Shown here: positions 26,966 through 40,585 of the stretch, in pieces
How positions within the stretch are numbered: position 1 is the first letter of the stretch
Layout of the letters: each line of letters starts with the position of its first letter
Origin: the human T2T-CHM13v2.0 reference genome, Homo sapiens
Length of the DNA stretch: 64,000 bases
Assembly: GCF_009914755.1 (NCBI RefSeq)
Contig: NC_060928.1
Strand: one strand, 5' to 3'
Notes under the pieces: generated by a model
What the model saw: the letters and a program-made list of their open reading frames with translations, nothing else
Told to the model about the DNA's origin: nothing
Database searches by the model: none
Position numbers and translations under genes: made by a program

Positions 26966-29900
26966 TATTCAAATCATAGAGCCCCTGAAAAATGTATATT
27001 GCCCCTATGTGGAATTATGTAGTTATCTCTCGATTGAATTAATGCTGACTGAAAAGCAAGACTATAGTAGCCTTCATTATTAATTTGAATTTTCTACAAT
27101 GGGTAGTACCATGTCTTACAGATAGTAGGTACTTAATGAATATGTACTGAGTTGAAAATCTTTTTCCTATTTACTTCAATATAATAAAACAAGAGAAGGA
27201 AAAGACCATGCATCACGGAAATACTTGTAATACAGTGTGGCTTCTTTTAGAAAAATTGTAGAAAACCTAAAAAATAATAAAATAATATCACCTTCATCAA
27301 TATGCTAATCATTCTTTAGACCATTATGTTTAAAAAGAATAATACAAATTGTTTGAAGCAACTCTCTCTCTACCTAGAGAAGGGTACTTCTTATAAATTT
27401 AACACCACAAATGCACTTAAATTCTTTTAAAATTATGCAATATTTTTTATATTTTCCTCAATAGTTTATTCATCTTTATAATGATAATTTACCAGATTAA
27501 AGAGCAAGGTTGTATGGCTTTCCAGAATCTAGTGAGAACCAAGGCGAATTAGGAATTAGGATATAAAACATCGAAAACAATACAACATCAAATATGTAAT
27601 TTGATAAACCGTATAGCTTGATCTCAACAAAAGTTGACTTTTTCTTCCTCTTGTAGCTGAAAAATTTAATCAGCTTTTGAATTAGTCAAACATTAATACT
27701 TACTCTTTTAAGTGCTTTGTAATAAATTTATAAGAAAATACTGGGAGTTGTATTGTTTGTTGATATGCTCCTCCATTTAAAAAATTCGTGGCATAAGGAT
27801 CAACAGGAGGAGTGCTAACAGGGTTAGATTTCTCTATATATGAGGGAGAGATTGCAGATTATCACAACAGCAGAAACTGAATAAACAGGGACAAGGTAAG
27901 AGTTCATTCTCAAGGTGCATACATGTCCTGGACGATGCATAAAATAAAATCCTCTCTTCTAAGACAGTTCAAAATTCTTGGTTTCTTCCTTTTAGCCTCT
28001 TAGCAGCAATGTTGTTTGTCTATACAATTAACTACAGACCATGAAATGTATATACAGTATCCATTTTAAAGTTTAACTTAAAAATTAATTTGTCCTCTGT
28101 AATCATTTTGTTTCATAACAATAATTCTTTAACTCCTGTCTTTAATGATCATGCTTTTAGTTCCTTACATGGTCTTTATAACCAAAGTGAGTTTGGCTTG
28201 GAAGAACACAGGGAAATTGCTGTCAAGGAGCCATTCAGAATATGGCCCCAGAAGTGTCTACATTTAAATGGTGAGATACTTTAGCTTCCAGAAGAGAAGC
28301 CCAAGGTGTAATATTCTTTATCATTGATAATTTCATTATTCTTAATGTTTCTCAGATCTTTGAATCACTACAGAAGTTGGGAAAGAAATTGACTTAAACT
28401 CTGGCTTATTTTCTTACAGGGTACCTTTGGATTGTTTGAAACCAGAACCTAAGAAATCCTCCACAATGAAAATTCAACATTGGAATAAAAATCAGAATAG
28501 AAATGTCTTTTCAAATTGACTGCAAAAATCATCAGCTGGCTATAGTTTAGACGTAATCCGTCCAAGTGAAGAGGCAACAATTCAAATCTTCCAGGCCCAT
28601 TATTTTGAATATATGGAGGTTACAATGGAAATATTTGCATCAAATAACTTTATTAAAATGGATTAGCAATTTTTAGTTATAGTGCACATCTCCCTTAAAA
28701 GAAAAACTGTTCACAGAAAACATGTCACTTTGTACTCATTATCTGTTTTTAGCAAACATTCAGGACTCAATGTTGTCCTCAATGTTAGAATTTCTTAAAT
28801 TGAAAAGTATCACAATAATAATCCTTGGAACCTGTTCTACAATATTACAAAGTGTCAATATGGGATGTGACTATAAAATGATAATAATGAACCACATTTT
28901 CTTGCACTCAGATGAACACTAGTATTATATAATTAGTTGGGAAGGCAAGCAATTTTGCTTTCACATTAAAAGAAATGCAAAGGCCATTTCTTGGAGTGAG
29001 GATTATTTATTCTATGAAGCTAAATGGGAAAAGTAGATAAGCAGATACTGCTTATATCTCAATAGAAAATTGCAATCATACAAATATTAGGATATCAACA
29101 TTTCCAATTTGGTTTAGTACATCCAAACAAACGTAACAGATAAAGTTAAGGTGATATTATTACATTTTCTGTCTCTAGGCTCTAAGAGTTTAACATATCT
29201 TTCCCCTTTTTAGTGTGTCAAAATATATAAAATTCTGAATCACAGAAACTGTAAATTAAATAATTTCACTTCAAACTTAACTCTTCTAAATTTTCCAAAT
29301 CTACAACACTATCATTTCAATAGATCTTCATGTTTAAAAAACAAAGTAAAATGCTGGAAAGCAAAACATCTCAATGTCAAATTTTATCATGTTTCACTTG
29401 TTGAAGAATTTCTTCTTTTTATGTATGTAATTATTATGTCAATCATAAGTTAAAATCATAATTAAAAACTCCTTTTCTGTCATGTTTTCCACAGGAGATT
29501 TTACTCATAGCAAGGATGCTAGCATGTTGAAGTGTTACCCATCACACCCCACTCTGACACACAGACACTTTATAAAAAGTCTCTTTCCTTAGTTGGAGAA
29601 ACTGTCCTCCTTAAATTCCATACAATTGTGATGGGACTCCCAATGATATCAAATATTCTGGCTAAAGAGAAACACATATCACACAGATTGCCTTGTCACG
29701 GTGTCCCCTTAGCCTGTCTGTGGTGATTGGCTGGGAAATCTGCACCTTCTCAGGATTAGGCCCCTGTGTTTCCAAGCCATCTTACCATTTATAATTTTAC
29801 AGCACACGAATGAAGAATTCCTGAATCCTGCGATGTGTATCATCACAAAAGCAGGCTCACAATTTGTGATCACTACCACCAAGTGAAGTGGGAAAACTAG

Positions 29901-30149
29901 GGCAGCAATAAAAGGGACTCTAATTTCCAAGAAGAGAAGTAAAATAATATATCTAGGATGATATATCAGTGACACAGCTTTAATCTAGTGATTTTACATC
30001 GCCATTTCAACAAATACCAGACTATTTGTAATGATTTATTACAGATTCACAACTTTCTTCCACAACACACACACATGCATACACACCAAAATGAGATATC
30101 CAATTCATTCTCAAGTGTTTGGTTTGACTGTCCATTCTGTACACTTGTA

Positions 30150-30858
30150 CCCTCACCAACCCCATTGCACCACCAGAATCTTCCCCCAGGAGTTACTGCC
30201 CTCACCCTCTGACTAGCTGGACCTAGAATTTAACTGTTGCTTCTCACAGCACATGCAGTGATCCTTTGGAAAGGAAACTCATTTCTTATTTGTATCTTGA
30301 CTGAAGCCCTGCCATGGTTTGCCAGTTACATTTACGATAAAATTCAAAACCTCCTTTACACAGCTTCAAAGCCCTATAAGATATGAGTGCTGCACAGTTT
30401 TGGACCTGATATCTTACTTCTCTTATGACCACACTGGCCATTTTACTGTTTTATGGGAACATGCCAAGTCCGTTTCTGCTACAAGATCTTTGCAATCTCT
30501 GTTCCCTGTGTCTGGCTCACTCTTGCCTGATATCTGAAAATGACTCATTTCTTTTCACTCAAGTAATTCTTCAAACATTATCTATAATGAGAAAGTTTCC
30601 TTAACTGCTCTGCCACCTTGCCTCTTCCCTCAGTCACCTCTATATCTGCCTTGTCATTGATCACTATCTTAAATTATATTGCGTATTGTTTGATTTCTTT
30701 ACTGTCTGTCTTCCACTCCAAAATGTGAAAGTAACAAAATTAGAGGTTTTCTTTGTCCTTCTAACACCATAACCCAGGTGCCTATATGCATTACTGGCTC
30801 ACAATAGATGATCAATATGTGTGTTCAATGATAAACAAGTTTTGAGTAAATGAATGCA
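30150..30858 (+). mobile_element. L2 LINE 3' remnant
   Basis: 'gtgatcctttggaaa...ataaaattcaaaacc...cacactggcc...ctgtctgtcttccact...caatagatgatcaatatg..gagtaaatgaatg'. Confidence 0.7.
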
Positions 30859-31889
30859 ATAGAAATCTCAAGTTATAACAAAAAACTAGACAATAAATTT
30901 GGCAACATAGAAGTTACCAATGCCCTGTGGAAAAGTAGTTTCACTGCTTTAGCTGAATAGACATTGCAAGTTAATAAATAAAGTAATCACAAGTTAGAGC
31001 AGGTAAAAATTTCTATTTACAGAAGGACTACATAACTTGTTGAAAATTTTTATAATGTGTGGTAGGTGGAAAAGCAAATGGGAGGCAAGAAAATAAAAAC
31101 AAAATTATTCTAAAAGATTTGCCTGCAAAGAGCAGCATAATTGCTCAATATGAATTAGAAGGAAACCAAAGGTAAAGAGAGGGTATGGAATAATTTTCTC
31201 CTCCTATGTTGTAAAAGAAGTGGAATTTTCGTATGCTTGCTTTAAAAAATATAGAAATTTGCATTTGTTCATATATGCTAAGCAATAAGCTAACAGATAC
31301 AGAAAGATTAAACATATTACACAAAGCAATAATTGTTAGATCAAGGAATACAAACATAAGAAATGATGGTTCTAGAGCTGAGAACACAAGCTGATGGATT
31401 AGGGATATGCAGAAGAGGATGATGAAGGTCGTGGTTGATAACAATAATAGTAACAATAATAAAAGCAAGAATAAGAATAGAAGCCACTGTCCTGAGTGTT
31501 TCATGAGTATTAATTAAACTGATATCTGCACAAGTCAGTAAGCAAAATGTCAGAAAAGACTCTACTGGATGCTTTCTCTTTTCTCTGTGAACAAAATGCT
31601 GAATTTGCCCACTGAGAACAGAAGGGAAGATAGCAATATATACAGCTTAATGCAAATAGAGTTTTACAGTAGCATTTTATAAAAAGAGATATAAACTGAT
31701 TCAGGACACAGAACAATTAGCAGAAAATGTGAATGGTCTAGTTGAGAATAAAGCATATTCATCTATAGTGATACCAAGACAGCCACATAGGTTTCAATAA
31801 TAATATGTGGATTTTAGTCTTAAATATAGTAACAAATAAACAGCTGTGTGACTCTGGACAAGTCAGTTCACAGGCAACTAATAATAGAA

Positions 31890-32110
31890 TTCATAGGCAG
31901 CAGATAATGGGAGGCTTTGAAATTGAACAGGTCTAAATTCAACTCCTAGCTATGGCAATTAATACTGGTATAGCCTTTTCAATTCACATCAACTGAGTTG
32001 CATTGTCTTAATCTGTAAAAGGACGAAAATAATAGTAACTACAAAATAAATTAATACATGTAAAATACCTACAAATTTCTTAGTAAACTCTTATCAATAA
32101 GCAGGTATTG
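31890..32110 (+). mobile_element. MIR SINE
   Basis: 'ggctttgaaattgaacaggtctaaattcaactcctagct...aatctgtaaaagga..aataatagtaactac'. Confidence 0.65.
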
Positions 32111-32994
32111 TTATTTCTATGATTCTCAACCTAATCCTCTTCCTTATATTTTCATAATCATGATAATCCTTACCTTATATTTAGAATGCAGGATGGAATT
32201 AAATATCTCTAAAGAATTTTCCAGATCCAAAATTATTCTAGTTACAAGCAAACCCTAGATACATATCAGTCAACCGAATGCTAAAACGGAAGGAAAGAAA
32301 CCTATGAAAATGATAAAGAATGTACTCTACCCCTACAGATGTATTAGCTGTTTATATTTTGTCACTAAACCAGTAGACCTGTGGGATTTCAAAGCCTCCC
32401 ATTATTTGCTGACACAGTTAGTTGCCTGTTAACTGACTTGTCCAGAGTCACACAGTTGTCTATTTATTAATATATTTATGACTAAAATCTAGGTTTCTCT
32501 ATCGCACACATTATTACCGAGACCTGTGTGGCTGTCTTTATATCACTACAGATGAATATACTTTACTCCTCACTTAAATAATTATGTGTTAAGTATCTGG
32601 GACCTAAGGCTTAAATTAATATAATTTATATTCTGTTTTATATAAGCCTTAATAACAGGCAAAATCCCTCTAAGTTTAGTGAAGCCCCATAGTCTAGAGT
32701 AATTTTTTATGATCATCTGGAAATTCCAGTATTTTTTGTGTCTTATGTGCTACAGCTTTTTCTGTAAGAGTAAATAAGTGTTTAAGTTTGGAAATGAATT
32801 ATGTGCAATTGTTAGGGCATATCCACAGCTAGTCCCCAGGAGACAAGTTCTTCAAAACACTTACACAGTCTCCTATGCTTTTAACCAATGAAAAAGTTGA
32901 TGAGATAATTACTAAGATCCCATCACACGCCTCTATTATTTTTCCACCATCAATGTAATTCTTACGTTTTTTTGGTAGTAAATTTCAAATAGAT

Positions 32995-33443
32995 TTATTA
33001 ATCAGGATAATGATAGCTACTCACACATCTAAAAAGTTCAGTGTCTTAATACAAAAGTTTATTTTTCTTTCATATAATAGGCCAATGAGGCTATTTCTTG
33101 GATGATCATTCCTATGGTGATTCTGGAAATAAATTTCATTATATCTTGTGATTATACCATCCCTTAGATCTCAGAATTATCTGCTTCCATCTTATAAGTA
33201 GAAAGGGAAGGGGGAAGCAGTCACACCCATATCTTAACCATCTGAACTCCGAAGTGATAAGCATTACTTTTGTTCTGTTTTGACAAGCAAGAAGTAATCC
33301 CATGATCTCAGAAAGATGTCAGGGCTAGTGGGAAGAGCTGCAGGAAACTAGTACCTGCCCTGGCAGGCACTTTCCAGAAACAAGTCTACCCTGTGAAAGA
33401 GGAACATCATCCTTTGTTCTATGGCTAGCTGTCTCTCTGCCCA
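32995..33443 (-). mobile_element. Old MLT1 (J/K-like) LTR
   Basis: 'aaagtttatttttc...gaagtgataagcattactttt...ctagctgtctctctgccca' resembles antisense MLT1K. Confidence 0.6.
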
Positions 33444-33569
33444 AAACTGAATATCAATGATTACAAATTACATATTCAAAATCACAATGTGAGGACAGAA
33501 ATAAATAAGAAGTAAATTGAGCTCCATATTTTGACATTAGATAGGCCCAACAGTAAAAATGTTCTTACA

Positions 33570-33644
33570 TGTATACATATGTAACTAACCTGCATGTTGT
33601 GCACATGTACCCTAAAACTTAAAGTATAATAAAAAAATTAAAAA
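33570..33644 (+). mobile_element. Extremely 5'-truncated young L1PA (L1PA3/4-like) insertion
   Basis: 'tgtatacatatgtaactaacctgcatgttgtgcacatgtaccctaaaacttaaagtataat' plus A tail; perfect 15-bp TSD aaaaatgttcttaca at 33555-33569 and 33645-33659. Confidence 0.95.
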
Positions 33645-34576
33645 AAAAATGTTCTTACAAATATTTTTTTAAAAATCTAAAGAAAATAGTAAAATAAAGC
33701 AAGAATTTAGGAATAGAAAGATTATTCAGGCTGAAATATAGCAGAAATGACTACTAATTTCCTAATTATTTATCTACATTAGGCAGCAACAAGAAAAAAG
33801 ATTTTATACAAAGTTTAAAAATTAATATGCTCCAGCCCTTAATGTCCATTACCCAGAAATACAATTGTCTCTTTGCCAACAGTTGACTAGGAGGAGGTTT
33901 AGCTATAATTTACCCAAAATGTTGAATTATTTAATACAAATTCAGTAACAGCAAGTTTGGATTTAATATTTAAAATGTCATGATTAAAATAAAATGAATT
34001 TATTAATGAATTCATAGCAAGCATCATCCCAATTGATCACTGGAAATCACATTATTAATAATGATAATATTAAATACTCTAAAATTTTAAGAAATATAAT
34101 TGATGAACTGGAGAGAGAAATATTTAGAATAAGAAATACTCATTTAATGAAGAGATTATTAAAAACAGAAATATGTAAAGGACTAATTAAGTTCACTATA
34201 GCACCTGTCCATCAAGTACTAATTGCTTTAAAGTAATAGGTCTAAATAATAGTGAAAGTAAATAAATTATGCACATTTTGTTACAGCTTGTGGATCCAGT
34301 ACTTCTTTTCCACTGTGGAGCCTCTTTTTTTAAGTCTCCTTATCTTGTGCTAAAACTATCCTCTTCTTTGAAAAAATTGCTTAAGTTCTAAAAAATGTTA
34401 TCAGTATAGTCAATTTCCTTTAATTCACCACTATTTTTTACCATGATTCACCATGTTACAACTTAGAGATAATGGCTGATATGAAACCACCAACAGTATC
34501 TACATAGCCCCTCCATTATTAAAGGCACACACACATACATTTATTCCTGAAGCTGAAAAAAGATAATGTGACTTTT

Positions 34577-34587
34577 TGTTTTTATAT

Positions 34588-34626
<39 letters not shown>

Positions 34627-34913
34627 TGTTTTGAGACAGAGTTTCCCTCTGTCACCCAGGCTGGAGTGCAATGGCACGATCTTGGCTCACTTTAACATTT
34701 GCCTCCCTGGCTCAGTGATTTCTCGTGCCTCAGCCTCCTGAGCAGCTGGGATTACAGGCATGCGCCACAACACCCTGCTAATTTTTGTATTTTTAGTAGA
34801 CACAGGGTTTCACCATATTGGCCAGGCTCATCTCACACTCATGGCCTCAAGTCACCTGCCCACCTCAGCCTCCCAAAGTGCTGGGATTACAGGCATGAGC
34901 CACCAGTGCCCAG
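34577..34913 (-). mobile_element. Alu SINE (AluJb/S-like) with (TTTA)10 tail microsatellite at 34587-34626
   Basis: Antisense Alu dimer. Confidence 0.95.
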
Positions 34914-35009
34914 TCCATACCAATTTTAAATAAAAAATAAACTACGACAGTTGAAAACTCAAAATTACTAATATCTAAACAGTATTCTTTACTGGTAAAG
35001 GGGTGAAAC

Positions 35010-35570
35010 AGCAGGCATCAGCATATTGTTTACAGTAGAGAAACTGACACACTCTGGAGGTTGTTTGACAATACATGTCAATATTTAAACATATTTTCTT
35101 TTTGACATAGCAATCCAACAACTACGAATTTATGGCAAAAATATTCACACACGTGTATATAAAGATACATGCTGAAGCGTGTTGTACAAAGCATGATAAT
35201 AAGAAAAAGTAGAACTAACCCTAATGTCCATCAATAAAGTATTAAGTTAAGTAAATTATGGGATAGTCTTGTAATGGGTTTCTTTACAGCCATTCAAAGA
35301 AATGAGATAAAATCCATTTGCTGAATTGCAAATGTTCAAAACATGTTATGTTAAAACAAGGCACAAAAATATATATTAAAATATTCCCATTTGGAGGTAA
35401 GTGTGTTTGTGTAAATGTGTGTGTGGGTGTGTGTGTAGATAATTCCTGGAAGTGTAGGAGTGGAACTGAGTGGTCTGCGGAGGAAAGAATCAAATCTCTA
35501 CTCCTTTCCATCATATGGAGTTGTTACCTTATCCACATGTTGTTTTCATAAGCGTTAAATTTTAAAAATA
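35010..35570 (+). mobile_element. Old L1ME-type 3' fragment
   Basis: 'tttgacatagcaatccaacaactacgaatttat...aaccctaatgtccatcaata...taaattatgg'. Confidence 0.65.
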
Positions 35571-37084
35571 AAGAAGTTTTAAAATTGCTATCACTGACAT
35601 CACCTATGTATAATATTTTCTACCCTTTTCTATGTAGCTAATAAACAATCATAGTTTTTCTCAGTTCTTTCAAAATAATAAAGCAATATAGAAATAGACT
35701 GAATTGGAAGAACTAGAATAATCATTATTCTTAATAGGCAGCTAGTTTCCTCTTTCTCATAGACAAAAAAATAGAGTTTTTCTTTTATATGAAAGGCACC
35801 TACTACATATTTGTGTAAATACAGCCCTTCCTGCAATTCAGAAACCTAAGTAATGTTGATTAAACTTTACTTTGAACCTGAGCATTTTAATCTTCATCTC
35901 TTAAGGATATTTGATTAAGAGATATTAAGGTCCATCCAAAATACTTCTTTAAAAGTAACCTTCATTAATATCCAATTTTTTTCTCTCCAAAGGTTTATAC
36001 CAGATTCTTGTCTATTTGGGGAACAAGAAACCAGGAACTATTTGAATCTTCCTTTGCTGTACTTTTTTCCCCCCAATTCATACTCTTTTCCTTCTATAGG
36101 GGACATTAATGAAGCCTTAATTGGATGGCAGAGTAACAGCTTATGTGTGAAGGAATTCCTTCTGTTCACTGTTCACATTACACCATTAACTGGCCTTCAT
36201 CTATTCCCTGTGTCATAGTGCACCCTTTTTGTGGCTAGCTGCTCTATTTGCCCTCTTCTACCGATCATCGATTTAAACCCCTGTTCTCACAGCTGAAATC
36301 TTGGTATACAAGATTCAGAAGTATACACGGAGGCACATTCATTACAAATCTGTTATACAGGCTTCAAAGCCAGTATATATTGCAAGCAGAACTGCGAAGG
36401 ATCTCTACTCAGATCCAGAATTTCCTTCCTTCAAATGCAAGGAGGGTTCCTGCTAAGCAGAAGGAGCCTTTAGGCCCAGTGGAGAAATAAAATCTCTCTG
36501 ACAGGACATGCAAGGGCTTAGCTATGCTCACTAAAAAAAAATTGACATCCCTTGAGGCGTCTAGTGCCTATGAATCCTTCTCGTGTATTTTGGAACTTCT
36601 GGTCTAAAGATCGTCTTCTCTGGTCATGGGGACATAGGCAATGCTAAAGGATGTAAAGCAGAGAATCATTAAGGGCAGCAAATTTTTTGAAATTTTAAGT
36701 ACCCTAATAATCTTTAACCCACCAAAGCTATGCCCACCCTCATGCTATTTCTCTTTAAGCATCTGTCTCACATTTTCTATAACACAATGGTGGCTCATTG
36801 TTTCCACTCTCTTCCTTCTCAACTGCCAAAATCACGCCCTTCCTTTTATTTAACGTATAAGGTAATCTTAAATTTCATATCCTATGATCATGACAGGAGT
36901 AAATCAATTTTCTCAAATACTTTGTCTATGGCAACCCAACAATTCACCTGTTAGCTATTAAATATACAGTCACTATAATATTCGTGGGTTAACAAGCACT
37001 TCTAACGTGCTATGGGCACAAAGATGCAAGCATATTTAATTCTACCTTGGGTTGGGAGGGGAGACTGAATAGACCTTTCTCAAT

Positions 37085-37310
37085 AATTAATGTTTATTGA
37101 GTGCTTTCATTGTGAAAAGTGCTTTAAGCAAATTATGTCTTTAATTCTCACAAAAACAGAGGGAGATACATAGTATAATTATCAACTCTATGTTTTAAAC
37201 AAGAAAACTGAGTCTGGGATAATTTAATTTGCTCAAAGTCATTCTGGAGAAATGGAGATGGAGCCAGACTTCAAAGCTAGTCCGTCCAGCTTCAAATTAC
37301 ATCCATTAAC
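37085..37310 (-). mobile_element. MIR SINE
   Basis: 'tttattgagtgct...ttaattctcacaa...gaaaactgagtct...ttgctcaaagtca'. Confidence 0.7.
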
Positions 37311-37449
37311 CATTATGCTGAAAAGCCTTCTCAGAAACGGAGTCTGCCAGAAGAACAAAGGAACAAGTGGGCAGGACATCTCGCGAGAAAATAAAACACA
37401 GCCAGAACCAACACCCATGATCATAAAATATACAACGTGTTTAGGAAAA

Positions 37450-37690
37450 AATAGTAATAGCTAACCCTATCATAATGCCTATCATGGATGAAGTAGTTCT
37501 AATTGTTTTTGCACATTAAGTCATTAATCCTTAAAACTACATCGCAGAAAGTACCATTTGTATGATACCTACTTTACAGCAGAAAAATCTGAAGCACTCA
37601 GAGCTTGGGTAACCTGTCCAAGATCACATGGCTAAGAACAGTGGGGCTAAACTGTGAAGCCAGGCATTCTGTCTCTGGCCCCTTGTGCTC
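37450..37690 (-). mobile_element. MIR SINE
   Basis: 'tttacagcagaaaaatctgaagcactcagag..gtaacctgtccaagatcacatggctaag'. Confidence 0.72.
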
Positions 37691-38299
37691 TGACATACAT
37701 TCTGGGCTCTCTACAGAATGAATTTCCTGCTGTAAGAAATCTGCAATGTGCCATTGGGAGAAAACTACAGAGGAGGCTCTAAAGCTACCTGGGCCAGATT
37801 ATAAAGGACCACGAGAAGGATTTTGGACTTTAACCAACAGGTTCCTGATTTTCAACTGGAGAGGAAATATATCCCAATAATGATAAGGTGTGTTGTGTAC
37901 TTCAAAAATAAAGTCAATCCTGTGACTTATTTTCATATATGAGAAACATGCTTTCTGTTTTTGTAATGCATAACACCTAATATAAACCCTGACCAAATCA
38001 CATTGACTGACTAAGATGTACAATCTAAGTAGTTGAATTTTCTGATTATAGCAGTTCTCAACTAGGGGATACTATGCTCCCTTCAGGGTGATAATAGAAT
38101 AACTGGAGAACCTAAAAAGTGTATATTCAGCAAAAAAAGAATGTGGGCTAAAACATGCTGAGAAACAGTACATTAGGCAATAGGTGTAGAGAAATTTTCT
38201 TTTTGAAAATATAGGGTGGTGGTAAGATAAGTAACAATTCTACAATGCTTAGAAGAATGTCTCATTTATATAACATACTTTATAAGTAACATAAGACAA

Positions 38300-38470
38300 T
38301 AAAGCATAATAAGAGCACAAATTCTAGAACCACAATGGCCAGGTTCAGTGTCCAAGTCTACCAATTGAACAAATTAAGTGAATTCTCTGTCTCAACTTTT
38401 ATCATAGGTAAAATGGGGATAACAACTGTAAGTCATCTTACTTCCAACTATTGTAAGATTAAATGAATTA
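38300..38470 (+). mobile_element. MIR SINE followed by a (TG)n microsatellite (~38485-38512)
   Basis: 'ctctgtctcaacttttatcataggtaaaatggggataacaa...tgtaagattaaatga'. Confidence 0.68.
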
Positions 38471-38807
38471 CACACATATATGCATGTATGTATGTGTGTG
38501 TGTGTGTGTGTGCATACAGATATCAAATTCCAGACATAAAGGAAACTATGAAGTTTAGTTATGATCTATCTTTTAAGAAGAGGAATCAAACAATGTTATA
38601 CTAATTCACTATCCAAAGTACAATGACCATTTGTAAAAGTAATTAATTTTAAAAACTTTTGCAAACCTTCGTCATCCTAACTAAAATAAATTTATGAAAA
38701 GTTAAGTATCTATAAACATCTGTTCATATACATAAAATTGATAATTATGGAAAAAATGTATATATAAACAAGATAGGCATGATTTCAAATCTGAAATCTA
38801 CACTTTG

Positions 38808-38856
38808 TATCTATCTATCATCTATCTATCTACCTATCTATCTAACTATACCTATC
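38808..38856. repeat. Imperfect (TATC)n microsatellite
   Basis: tatctatctatcatctatctatctacctatctatct. Confidence 0.9.
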
Positions 38857-40244
38857 AATTATGCTTCTATAGAACTAATCTCAAGCAGAACACCCAGAAA
38901 CTCTGAGCCTCAGTTATGGGCATAATAATGCTTAGTATAAAGCATTAGCATCACTGTAAAAGCTAAATCAATTTAAGGCATTTAGGAAAGAGTTTTGCAT
39001 ATATTAAGTGTGAAATAAATACTGGATTTAATTCTCTCTGAAGACATTATTAATACAGTCATATTCCATAGAAGTTAAATGTCTCTCAAGTATAAGAAGC
39101 ATTATTTTTAAATGATTATGATAAGTTCAATTCAGTTCAGCAAACATTTGTGGAACACTATATAACTTATGCTTTGTGATTAAATCTTTCTGCTTTCAAT
39201 ATTTCAACAAAGGAAACACAAACGCCATAGCTATTCAATCAGTGATCATATAAATACATTTAGATCTTCTTTTAAAAATAGTCATTATAAACCATGAATT
39301 CCAAGATTGCATAGTTAAAATAGATAAATTTTAGGACTCACTTTTTTGATAATTATTTTTGATAAGTAGCATTTTACACTACTTTCATCATTTTCTATAT
39401 AATGCCTTCTTAGGAGGTCAAAAGCACTTCCTTATTCTTTTTTTTCTTTTAATCCTTCAGTGTAAATGAAGTAGAAATTAACATGGCTAGTTTTGTCCTA
39501 CAACTTATTCAACCTTACTCTGTCTTATTATGCCAAACCTTTTCCTTTTAATATCAGCAGCATCGATTGGTGCCAGCAACACTGATCTAGAAATAGTGTT
39601 AATTATCTGCAGCTGCACAGGCAGCAAGGAAGCATAAAACACTGGGCTTCTTGTTCACAATATACAAAAACAATGAAACAATCACCCTCAGCTGTCAGCA
39701 TCTTCAGATCTTTCCCCAAGGGTAACAATATAACAAGTGGATCACATTCAAAGCTTGGGAAACCCATCATGTATTTCATATTAAAGCATCTAAATAATGG
39801 GTTATGTTACCATATTGGAAAAACATGCTGCAGCTAAAGTTCCTTCTCATTATTCATACTACTATTTTCTTTTAACTGGTAATGATAAAGGTAACAGAAA
39901 GTTAGCACAATGACAAAGATATCACCTGCTCTGAGACCAGTTCTTCACAGAAAAAGCCATTTGGAGACAATATCCAAATATATGACTTTGAACATCACAT
40001 ATTTGGATGGTTTACACCATCCTCTACACCGGCAGTGGTGGTCAAAACTAGACTAAAACTATGATTCACCTAATCATGTTATTTTTCTGATTTCAGAGGA
40101 CAATTATTATTATTTAAAACGCTGAGGAAGGAGAAATTTACTAATTATTTCAATTATTTACAAATCCAAGTGAAGGACCTACTAGTTTCTTAAAACCAAT
40201 CGTTACATCCCTCATTTCATGTTTAAATATCCTTCTTGAACAAG

Positions 40245-40585
40245 ATAATGTGCCTTTCAGGGATATGGATGGAGCTGGTAGCCATCATCCCAGCAAACTA
40301 ACACAGGAACAGAAAACCAAACACCACATGTTCTCACTTATAAGTGAGAGCTGAACGATGAGAACACATTGACACAGGGAGGGGAACAACACACACTGTG
40401 GCCTGTCGGTGGGGGTTAGGGGGAGGGAGAGCATCAAGGTAAACAGATTATGCATGCGGTGCTTAATACTTAGGCGATAGGCTGATAGGTGCAGTAAACC
40501 ACCATGGGACACATTTACCTATATAACAAACCTGCACATTCTGCACATGTATCCCGGAACTTAAAATAAAATAAAATAAAATATT
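40245..40585 (+). mobile_element. L1PA (about PA13-15) 3' end
   Basis: 'cagcaaactaacacaggaacagaaaaccaaacaccacatgttctcacttataagtg...acctgcacattctgcacatgtatcccggaacttaaaataaa'. Confidence 0.92.

Noticed and set aside
34033-34236. Protein-like helical ORF (KILRNIIDELEREIFRIRN)
   Set aside because: Non-ATG start, AT-driven I/N/K composition, no splice context or recognisable homology
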